From Mobula hypostoma (lineage: Eukaryota): a stretch of DNA of 64,000 nt. The stretch's first letter is position 1. Each line of letters begins with the position of its first letter. The notes under the pieces are model-generated. The model had not been told where the DNA came from and made no database searches. It saw nothing but the letters and a program-made list of their open reading frames with translations. The stretch covers positions 46,872,001-46,936,000 of the forward strand of contig NC_086107.1 in the NCBI RefSeq assembly GCF_963921235.1. The letters are read 5' to 3'. Below, piece after piece: positions 11,801-23,800 of this stretch. The translations under genes and the position numbers were made by a program.

Positions 11801-14800
11801 CAATGTGGGCTCGATATTTATATGCTAAACGCAAAGGCAATCACTACCTAAAAAGTTATAGGCAATGCATAGACAATGCTTCCTTTTGAGGCTACATACA
11901 AAACATCACACCTTCTGAATTCATCCTTTCCTTCCGACGCTAACATGTCTGGGTTGGTTTCCACAGCCTTTAGGAATGCAAGTTAAATCCATAATACATC
12001 TATTTGTCATTTTATGTGCTAACATAGAAGACAATTAATATTTATAAAGTATAGATAATACTGTCTTCAAAACTACAGCATCTAGTCAAACTACGGCACC
12101 AGAAGCATCTGGTATTCACACCTTTTTTAGGAAGCGCATTGTTGTGGACTCAATCCACAGTACTTTGTCAAATAGAAGTCTGGTGGCCAAAGTCATTTAA
12201 GTGTAAACGAATTATCTACCCAAAAAAACTCACTCTAACAAATATCTTCCAAACTTTTGATCTCACAGGTTTGTCTATATTGTTTGTGCTCAATCCACTA
12301 AAGCATGCCTGTTTGCATGCAATAAATTTGTCTCTATTTTGCTATCTCTCTCCCCTCTTAGAAGCTTGTGCCTTAAGACTTGGCTTGCATCAGCCTGATT
12401 TGTCTGTCAACTGATATTTCTCACACATGACCCGATTATTTTTTTTGTTTGTGTCTATCTTTTCTTGACTCTTGTGGTGTGTTATCTTTCACTGTGCATT
12501 AATAGCCTCTGCATTTCCAGTTCTTCTGTCCTTCTGTCCTGACATTTCTCACTGCTTTGGCTTCATCTTTGTCTCTGATCTACTTGTGGGTCAATATTTA
12601 TATTGCTTTTAAACTTAGAGGTCACCATAATTGGGATAGACTCAATTGTTTCATACTTTTTTATTTAGTGCAGTGTTAAACTATGCATTGTCTGGTGATA
12701 TTTATGTGAGCAGATGTTTGGTGTAGTTGTATGATTATTCTGATAGCTTTAAAGTAACAAAATTGCCTTGCAAAAAAGAATAACTTTTTAAAATATTTTT
12801 CTAGTACCTCCTAAAGTTTCTGATATCAGCCAGCCTCCACGCATTGTACATTTGGAAGAAACTGTTCTGACTTGTCAGATATCTGGATATAAACCTTCAA
12901 ATATTTCTATTCAATGGTTTCTACAAATAAATGGCGGAACAGAACATAGCATTTGCCGGTGGACTTCTCCGTCTGAGAACTTGAAAGCACCTGAGGAGAT
13001 CGATCAGCAGAGACTTATTGCAGATTATGAAAGTGCAGTGGAAGCTTTTGCATTTGAGATGTCAGCTGTCACAAACAACAGTGATGGTACCTCCAGTCTG
13101 AAGTGTGAAGTTATCTTCTGCCCTGATATTGAGAGAGATAATGAAGCTGTTCTTAAACTTCAAGTTTTGCATAGTAGCAATTTGAGAAAGCCTATTATTA
13201 AGACCATCACATTGAAAGTTGAAGGAAGTAAGTAAGAAAGCAATGAAAATAACTGAATATTTGTCATTAGTAAAATTACTTCATTGTAGAATGGTTTCAG
13301 AAGGGCGAAAAATGAAATGATCATGACTGGATCGGTATCTTTGTCCTCTCTTTTTTTGCACTACTTTTGAATTTCACAATGCATAGTATGCCAGTGATAT
13401 TAAACATAATTCTGATTAGAAAATTACAATGAACACATGAAGTTACAAATTTCTCCATCCACTTGTTTATTCTTAACTGTTTTGTAAGCACTGCACTACC
13501 AGTGTTTAATTTCAGAATCAGGCTTATTATCTCTGGCATATTCATGAAATAAAAAGTACTGCAAGTTACAAAATAAACAAATGGAGTGAAAGACGAGTAA
13601 GGAAGTAGTATTCATGAGTTTGTGTTCTATTGAGAAATCTGATGGCGGAGAGAAAGAAGCTGTTCCTAAACCATGGAGCATGGGTCTTCAGATTCCTTTA
13701 CCTGATCCCCGTGATCGTAATGTGAAGAGGTCATGTCCCAGATGGTGAGAGTCCTTAATGATTGATGCTGCCTTTCTGAGGCACTATTCCTTTTGAAGAT
13801 TTCCTCAGCGATGAGGAGGGTTATCCCCGCAAAGAAACTGGCTGGATCTCTTTCGGAGGCATTGGAGGCTCCATGTCAGGTTGTTATGCAACCAGTGAGA
13901 ATGCTCTATACAGTATGTGTAGAAATTTGCAAGTCTTTGGTGGCCTACTGAACCTTCTCAGACTCCTAATGAAGAAGAGTCACTGATATTCCTTCTGTAT
14001 GATTATAACAATGTGTTGGGCCCAAGATAGACCCTCTGACTTGTTGAAACCCAGGACCATGAAGCTGCCCACCCTTTCTACCAGTGACTGTTCAATGAGG
14101 ACCAGTGAGTGTTCCCTCGACTTTCCCTTCCTGAAGGCTGCAATCGGTTCCTTTGTCTTGCTGATGCTTTGTGCAAAGTTGTTGTTGTGACTGCACTCAA
14201 CCAGCCAATTCATCTCACTCATGTACACTTCCTTTTCAACATCTGAGTTTCTGCCCTCAACAGTGATACTAAATTTAGAGATAACATTTGAGCTGTACCT
14301 AGTCACAGTCATAAGTGTAGATGGATTAGAGCAGTAGGCTAAGCACATATAGTTGAGGTATGCCTGTGTTGATTGTCTGCAAGGAGGAAATGCTATTACA
14401 TAGAACATAACAGCACTTGGCAGGCTCTTCAGTCCATCATGTGTTGTGACAATGTTTTAACTTACTCTTAAGATCAATCTAAGCCTTCTCTCATATATAG
14501 CCCTCCATTTTTCTATCATCCATTTTATTACAATATGCACTGACTGGTATCCCAACAAGGACTAGTGTCACCTGATTTGGAGGACAGGTATACTTGGATT
14601 TTGAGAGGCTTTCTATAGGTACTGTACTAAACGAGCAATTATTACATAAAATTACAGCACACACGATTGGAGGCAATGTTTATCTATGAATTGTGAATTA
14701 AGTAATAGAGAGGGGGAAAAAGAGTGCAGGTCATTTTTGGGCTTGGAGGCTCCGACTAGTGCAGTGTCCTAGTGATCAATCCTGGGGCATCAGATGTTTA

Positions 14801-17800
14801 TAATTTAATATCTCCTCCTCCTGACAATCTACGCAGGTGCACCTCAAGAGGGTGTGCTTAGCCCACTGCTCGTCTCCCCCCACACTCATGACAGCCTGGC
14901 TAGGTACAGTTCAAGTGTAATCTATAATTCACTGCTGACACCATTGTCGTGGGCAGAGTCTCAAATGGTGACATGAAGCATTTTCATTTTCATTTTTAAA
15001 TCTTTTTTATTAATTGTTATTGAAAATCAACAACAAAGAAAAATACATCAAGATAATCAAGACAACATATCCATATGTAGAATAAGAGTTAAACTATCAA
15101 CAAGACTGAACAATATATCAATAATAATAAAAAAAATCAAAATGTTAAAGCTATTTTTTTTGGAAAAAGGAAAGAAAGAAAAAAGAACTCCTACTAACTA
15201 AAACAAAAAAAACCCAAATAACAAAAAAAGGGGGGAAAAGAAAACCATTTGGAGCACAAACTGGGAGCTATACACCATAAAAGTTGCTGGTGAACGCAGC
15301 AGGCCAGGCAGCATCTCTAGGAAGAGGTGCAGTCGACATTTCAGGCCGAGACCCTGTCCTGACGAAGGGTCTCGGCCTGAAACGTCACTGCACCTCTTCC
15401 TAGAGATGCTGCCTGGCCTGCTGCGTTCACCAGCAACTTTTATGTGTGTTGCTTGAATTTCCAGCATCTGCAGAATTCCTGTTGTTTGAGCTATACGCCA
15501 TACAAGCTTCCATAAAAAAAGACATCATTCCGTCAACCAAATCCATATATCCAAGCATCAGAAAAGGACCATCTTAATTAACTCAAATCAAATGATAATA
15601 ACGGATAAAAGACCCCCACCTTTTCTCGAAGTCAAATGTAGGATCAAAAGTTCGACTTCTAATTTTTTCCAAACTAAGACATAACATCACCTGAGAGAAC
15701 CATTGTATCAAAGTGGGAGCAGAGGCATCTTTCCATTTTAATAAAATAGCCCTTCTAGCCAATAATGTGACAAACGTGTTGGTCTGATATAGAAATACCA
15801 TGAATATATTGAGGAATTATACCAAACAAAACTGTCAATTTATTAGGTTGTAAATTGATTTTTAAAGCTTTAGAAATTGTAGAAAAAATAAGATTTCCAA
15901 AACTGTTTCAATACAGAACACGACCAAAACATATGTGTCAATGTCGCTATCTCAGTTTTACATCTATCACACTGACTATTTACATTAGGAAATATCTTAG
16001 ACAATCTCTTCTTTATCAAATAATAACGATGTACAGTTTTAAATTGAATTAGAGAATGACTGGCACAAATCGAAGAAGAGTTGACCAACTTCAAAATTCG
16101 CAACCAATCCTCTGTTATCAAGATCATATTAAGCTCTCTTTCCCAATCTTGATTAATCTTAAGTAAAAGATAGTTATCCTGTTGTAATAGTAAATTTTAA
16201 ATTTTCCGAATAAAACCTTTCACTAAAAGGTTCATTTTTAAAATAATGTTTAACAGGTCAGAGTCTTGTATACATGGAGAATTACTTAAATATTCTTGTA
16301 AGGAATGTCTGAGCTGAAGATATTGCAAAAAATGTGAATAGACATGAAGCATAAAGGAGCAAATAGATCAACTGGTCGAGTGGTGAAGCAGCAACAACCT
16401 TGCACTCAACATCAGCATGACCAGCAAATTGATTGTAGTCTTCGGGAGAACATGGACCAATCCTCGCTGTGGGCTCAGTGCTGGAAAGGGTGAACAGTTT
16501 CAACAACATCTCAGAGGATCTGTCCTGGGCCCAAAGTCCAGATGCAATCACAACAGAAGTACAGGAGCCTGAAGACACAGACACAACATTTTAGGATCAG
16601 TTTTTTCTCCCCCCCTCTGCCTTCAGATTTCTGAATGATCCACGAACCATCTTGTTACTTTGATCAGCCGACCAACATTTGTCATGCCTGCACAGTACTG
16701 CGGCTACAAAGCAACAAATGTCATGATAATAATGATAATATAATAAGTGATAATAAATGATAATAAGTCTGATTTCTAATTTATATCAGTGATTTGAATG
16801 AGGGGACCCAGTGCAATATATCCATAATTAGCTGTTGAAACAAAGCTGGAAGTGGCAGTGTGAGTTGTTAGGAAGGTACAGAATGGCCTCTGCTAGATAT
16901 AGCATAGGCTAAGTGAAAGAAAAAGGACATAGCAGATGGAATATAATACAGAAAAATATGAAGTCATCCATTGTAGAAAAAATAGGAATGCAGAGTTTTT
17001 AAAAGGGTGAGAGATTCAAAGGTCTACTGTTGCTCAGTTGTTTCTAGTTCAGCAATTATGGTGGAGATGATATACTCACATTGATATTCTGTTTTTGATG
17101 TCATTTGAATTCAGATCTATTTTGCAAAATATTTAACTAAGCCAAGTACAATTCTATGGGCTAGATTTTCTCAGTGAACTGATGAGAATGATTGTGGAAA
17201 GCTTGATAAAAGGGAGGATACAGATTTCCAGTTGCATTGTTTCCTGACTGAACTGACTTTAAATAAATCCTCATCAACTTAAATTCAGCATTTTGCAAAT
17301 ACTCCAGAACAGCAAGAGAGAATTAGAGAGAGGCACAGGGAATTAAGTTTCTGTACTTTGCAACTATCAGTCTAACACGTTGTAGACACTCAAATTGCAT
17401 TGCAAACTGTAGGTAAGAATAGCATTGAATTCAACTACTATCCAGTTCATTCCAAAAAGCAACATTACCTAATATGTTTTTTATGTCTATAAAACTGTTG
17501 CATATGTTATCTTTCTCATGACCTTTTGTGCAGGATAGTATCACACTTTTAGTTTGCAAGTAGGTAGGAGAAGATGATAATTGGATGAATCCTTTTTAAG
17601 AGCGGCAGTTTCAGTTGTGTATGACAATTTGATTGTAGGCCCTGGAGAGTAGAAGTTTGTAAGAGATATAGTAAAAGAGCTATAATGTTGAATACAGGTT
17701 TTGTATAAGTAAGTTAGCAGTAACTTCTTAGCCCTATATTTATGGCCATGTACGAGGGGTGATTGATAAGTTCGTGGCTTAAGGTAGAAGGAATCAATTT

Positions 17801-20800
17801 TAGAAAACCTAGCACATTTATTTTTCAACATAGTCCCCTCCTACATTTATACACTTAGTCCAGCGGTCGTGGAGCATATGAATCCTGGACCTTCAGAAAG
17901 TGTCCACAGCAGGAGTGATTGATAAGTTCATGGCCTAAGGTAGAAGGAGATGAGTTATTAACCAAACTTTCTGCATTTTCACTCAAAGAGTTGAACTGCA
18001 TGTGCAGGTAACGAGAGCTGTATAACTCATCTCCTTCTACCTTAGGAGGGGACTATGTTGAAAAAGTGCAATGTTTTCTAAAATTGACTCCTTCTACCTC
18101 AGGCCACAAACTTATCAATCACCCCACATACAGTGTCTTAGAGTAACAGATTTTTTGAAGTTGTTGGATCTTCACTCATGTTTTCTCTTTGTCTTTTGAC
18201 TTTTTTGTATTACTATATCTTTTTTAAAATTTGCAGTCTTTTTTGTAGTTAAATCTTATAAGCCTGAAGTACTCGGCAGTAAATTTTAACAGAAAGGTGC
18301 AGCTTCTGTTAAAATTGCTGTATTTTTATTTATACTCTATTTGCAACAGATTTTAAAAAACTGAAGGTTTATTTATCTAATTAATAAATAAACCTCTCAG
18401 TTTATTTTATCTTTTGCAAAATAAGACAATGTTGTGTGCTGATGACATTAAATATTCTATCCTTTTTTTTCCTTCTCAATAAAAAAAGTTGCACCAAAGA
18501 TGACAGACATTCTAGTACCTCCTTGCATCATTCATGAAGAATTGATTGCATTGTCCTGTCCAATTGATGGATTTAAACCAAGACCACTGGCTATCACTTG
18601 GTACCAGAAGCAGAACAACAAATTGAAAGAAATTGTGAAATATGTGCCACGAGTTCAAGAATCTTTTGCTGGGAATGAAACAAATCTTCCCAAGTATTCC
18701 CACACCTTACATGAGGTGACATACGAAGACCATACTTACAGTATCTTAAGTGTTCTTGCTTTTATACCAACCATTCAGGATGACCATGACACAGAGTATA
18801 TTTGTGAAGCTGAACATCTGTCCACAGGTTCAGAAATACAGAAGGGTGTTACACTAAGCGTAAAAGGTACAGTCAGAATGTATTAGTTCATATTTGCGTA
18901 TCATGTTTTACTATTGTTTTAACTACGATATTTAGGTTATCTTGGAATCAGCCCAGAAAGAACTTCTAGAGGTTTAAACATATTAATTTAAGCACTAACA
19001 CCAAATTCCTTGTTTTATAGCCAAATAATTTATTGTTCTTGTGGTATGATTTTTTTTAAGATATTAAGGTAGATGTCACGTGCAATGACCTCTAATTTGT
19101 GCTAACAAAAACATAAATCTATATTTTAAGATCTCGATGAAGGTGTGGGGATAAAGTATTAACTTGGTAATAATTAAAATATGAAATAATTATATCAGTT
19201 ATTAATTTATTGATTATTTCTGACCAATGTTTTAGCGTGCCCTCTGTTTTAATGGAAAATTCATCTTCACTTTTATTCTACTGTGTTTCTGATCTTCTTG
19301 TCATTTGCCACCCTTGTTGTTACATTAACAGAACTGTTGGAATGTGTGAGTTGCAGAGAAATGCTTCCAAAGGCTTTTAATTGTTCCATAACTAGAGTAA
19401 GCTAAAGATCTGATAGGTTTTATGGTGAATTGTAAAGCACCAAGATGACACAGAGCCTCAGAAGCTTCTGAAGCAAGTTCCATAACGTATATAAGTTAAG
19501 TGGCTGAAGTCCTGACTGCCAATGACACTGCTGTCTGGAAATGAAAAGTAATTATTATTGGTGAAGGAACAAGAGTTAAGGTGCAGGAAATAGTTTTAAA
19601 TAAGCTAATATTTACTGAATGCAGGAATCAGAGGTAGGCCACAAATCATTGCAGTAGTTGAGGCTAGAATTATTGTCTCTCAGTGAAAGTTTAAGCCTAA
19701 ATTGGGCTGAGTCAAGGAATTGGATGATATAAGGCTGAAAGAAAGCTTGTCTATTTCCATGGATCCAGGTATTCATCTTAGGTTCAGGTGGAATACCAAA
19801 GCTTTAGGACAAGGAGGGTAGGGACACCAGTGTGGAGCATGCTAATTTACTAGGGCATGTTGAGATAAAGAACAAGTGTTTATTGGTTCTCTCAAAGAAC
19901 ATTAAGGTGGATAAATCCCCAGGTCCCGATGGGATATGCCTCAGATTATTAAGGAAGGCAAGCAATGAGATTGCTGGGATCTTGACCATGTCCTCTCTAG
20001 CCACATGTGAAGTCCCAGAGAATTGTCAAGTAGCTCATGTGGTTCCATTATTTAAGAAAGGAAATGGGAATCATCCTGCTAACAATAGACAGGAGAATTT
20101 CACATCACTGATAGAGAACTTGCTGATGAGGATTCTTAGGGATGGGATTTATGAGCATTTGGAAAACCATATTGAGGGATAATCAGCACAGCTTTGTGCA
20201 GTGCAAGTTGTGTCTAACTAGCTCAATTAAGTCTTTTTGAGGAAATGATGAAGATAGAGCTGTGGATGTTGTTTACATGGATTTTACTTAGACATTTGAT
20301 AAGGTCCCTCAGAGGAGGTTCATTGAAGAGATATAAATATGTGGGATTCATGGTGAATTGGTCATTTGGATTCTGAATTTATGTGCCCCTAGAAGAGAGA
20401 GGATAGTGGTAGACAGGACCTATTCTTGCTGAATGTCTGTGACTGGTATTCGTGTGGATCCATACTGAGACCTCTGTTATTGGCCAAATAACTAAATGAC
20501 CTGGATGAAAACGTAGATGGGTGGGTTAGGAAGTTTGTAGATGATATGCAAATTGGCAGTGTTTTGGTTAAAATAGTTGACTAGCAAAGGATGCAGTGGG
20601 ATATAGATCAGTTGCAGATGGAGTTTATCTTTGGCCAAATGTGAAGTGTTTCAATTTGAAAATTCAAATGCAAAGGGACAGGGCACTGTTAATAGCAAGA
20701 CCCTTCTGGAGTGGTGCTGGAGCACTGGAAAATCATAAATGTCGCTCCACATTTTAAAAAGGAGAGAGGTAAAACTGTGAAATTATAGGCCAGTAAGCCT

Positions 20801-23800
20801 AACTTCAGTGGTTGGCATGATGTTAGAATGGATTAGTTTTGTTAGGCATTTGACTATGAAATTTGATTGGCACAAGATTGTGGAGTGAAAGGCATGTTCC
20901 TATTCTGTACTGTTTATGGTTAGTATAGATTTATTTAATTACCTGAGTTTAATTTTCCCTAGTATCATGAAGGGTTTGGACTTGAGTCTTCAGATTTCTC
21001 CAGCTATCTATAATAATTCAGTGATCTATTGAATGTGCTACAAAAGCCCCATCAAACTGTATATCAGTATCCTCTTTTTAATGATTCCATCTAAATCTGG
21101 TTCTTAAACAAAACCTGCAGTTTGTCGCAATCTTTTACAGTTTATTTTTCCCTTTCTTTGCTGCTTAGCAATCCCAAAATGTGATGATATAAAAATCGTT
21201 CCTGAAGTCCCAATTGTAGAAGAATTTGGTTTTGCATCATGTCGAATATATTCCTTCTTCCCAAAAAACATCAAAGTTATCTGGAAAATGGATAATAATA
21301 TAATGGAGGAAATGAATGCTGAATCTGAAGCTATCTTGGGAAAGGATGGCCGTTATAGCTGCACAAGTCATTTGAAATTTATTCCCGAAAGAGAAGATTT
21401 GGGAAAGTTATTGACGTGTGAATTCCAGCATGAAAGTATGACAGACACCAAGAAAACTAGCTGTAAATTGTTTAAATTGAGTGAGTAAATGTTTTATTTA
21501 TTAACACTTTTTATTTTGCAATATTCCAATAGCCATTAGAGAACATAAATGGATACATGCAGGAGCTTTTGTTAAATTATTGTTGGTGGTATGGATAATC
21601 TATCAGGTTCATTCCGATATACGTTCTAGTTTCAGCTTCATGGCTGGTCAAACTGGAAAAGCTAACTTTGGACAGTTTAACATTGGCCACTTGTTATGGG
21701 ACCAGAAAATTATCTTTTCACTCGAAGTTTTTATTTTCACAACTTGAAATCTAGTCAGATATCTCAGTGAGTTTTTTCTTGAAGAAAGCAGAAAGGTATA
21801 TGGATATGGATGCAATCTTTGAGGGTCAAAATCCAATCCCGGGCAGGCTGCTCGGTTGTTGGCTAGAATAAGTTTGATAATTAGATGTTACTGTAGACAC
21901 AAAATTGGAAAAGGTATATGAGGAACTTAACTCTTCAACTTTTAAAGCTACGCCAATTTAAAAAATCACAATTACAGAATAAAGTAAAACTTCTACATGG
22001 TAGAATTGGAGCAATCAGCCCAGTGGCCCTTTGCCATTGGTAACATACCATGTGAGTATCCACACAGACACACTACCACTAAATCTAAAATAGTATATCC
22101 TTCCATTTTTTTCTCCCTCATTTTTATCCAGCTGATCTTTAACCCTATGGATCTATCAGCTTGTTAGGGTGGCTTATAAGTCGATTGACCGTAAATGCAA
22201 TTTTTTTTCTGATTTGTATCCAGTTTCAATAAGACCATGTGAGTTGGGTGAAGACTTGTTTGCTTCTTGAATCTTCCATGCTGGCTTTATTTATAACTTC
22301 CCTGTCTGAAGGTGCATAGTTTTAGGAGTGAATTTTTTTTCTGTGTGATTAGGGAAAGTCACATGATGTCCACTACCTGTATAGAGTGGTATAGTGCATA
22401 ATAATGGTAATCTGCAATGTGGTAAAATGTTATTGCTTCACAAGCACATTGGTTTGTTTGATACAAATTTTAAAAATCTTTAGTTTGCAAAATTTCAGTA
22501 ACCCTTGTAGAACACAAATTAGTTAACTGTTAATTCAATTACTGTTAGTATAATGGGTAACCTATTAGATTGATGCACAGATGCATACTAAGTTCTGGAT
22601 TCACTGCTGGCAAAACTGGAGGATGAATGCTCAGTTTTCTTTGTTGGTTTTATCAAACATGAAATATGTTTAGAATGTGGTTCTGCTGAGAAAATTGAAG
22701 CAGTTAGACTTAGATGTAAATCTATCGGTATTAAATACTTGAGCTGAGTTCTCTATATTATCCTTGATCAAATTGATACAGGTACAAGCAAATAACATAT
22801 TAAATCTATGATTTAAGTTGTATGGGCAGCAAGGGCCTTGATTCATAGGATTTAGCATTCTTTTGAGATTGTTCTGTTGAGACATGGTACACTTAAATTG
22901 AGTGAGCAAGCACTCTACTGACAAATGGGATATATTTATTCTAATTAAAAGAGGAAGTGGGGAAAGGAAATATTTAGCACCGGGAGAAAATTCAAGTCTG
23001 TAAAGCAGAGTGAAAGTGTACGGAGTGATATACAAAGGGACAAGGAGATTGTCAGACGTTATTAGAGTTTTTTAAACGGATCAGAGAAAAAAAAGCTAAG
23101 CTTTGTGATTGAGACATTGATCAGGGCAAAATATGAGAAGAGAGTTAGGATTGAGGTGGACTGAGAAACTACACTGCCACCTTGCTTTATGAGTCAATAC
23201 ATTCTCAAGAATGAGAATACGAGTAGAATAATTATAGTTAAAATGGGTTTGTAGGAATGTATATGGATGTGTTATTGGCAGCTCCATTCTGTGAGACACA
23301 GAGAAAACCCTTGCACCCACTCTTCACACACCCAATTTCAGCTGTGCTTGAAATCTGTTTGAGAAACTAGACTTTTGCAGCAGCATTAAAATAGTTGAAA
23401 TGGTCTCATAGCTACCTGGAGAGAGACACCTAGGGAATGTGCAGCAGCTATATGATTGTCTAGCACTGAATTATGTGGCTTAAGGTTGCATTCTGAATGT
23501 TATGGCCAGTAAGAGACATTGCTGGGGAGAAGGGGCAGCGGCTCTATGTGATGTCATTCTGCACTCTGCACCTTCTGATGGATGTGATGGAGCTGCCATG
23601 TTCCCTATCTCTTGTCTGGCTACAGACTCATCTCAGCCCAAAGGTTTCTCAGTAATGCAAGTCCAATACTTTTTCATGCTGAAATGCTAATCTTGGTAGC
23701 TCAAATTCAAGATAATTGTGACTGTTTTCTTGTATAATTTTGTTTGGGTTATTTAAGTAGGTTGTAAAACCACTTCACTTAACAATTTATTTTGATATTT

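Larger units (their letters stand above)
14810..16745 (+). mobile_element. Rex1/Babar-like LINE fragment split by an L1 insertion
   Basis: GAPQ-G-CVLSPLL-like RT region at ~14830-14990; 3' part with (TAA)n tail at ~16260-16745. Confidence 0.55.

Noticed and set aside
22670-23690. Short ORFs in the intron between exons 21169 and 23805
   Set aside because: No Ig or other motifs and no frame-compatible splice sites.
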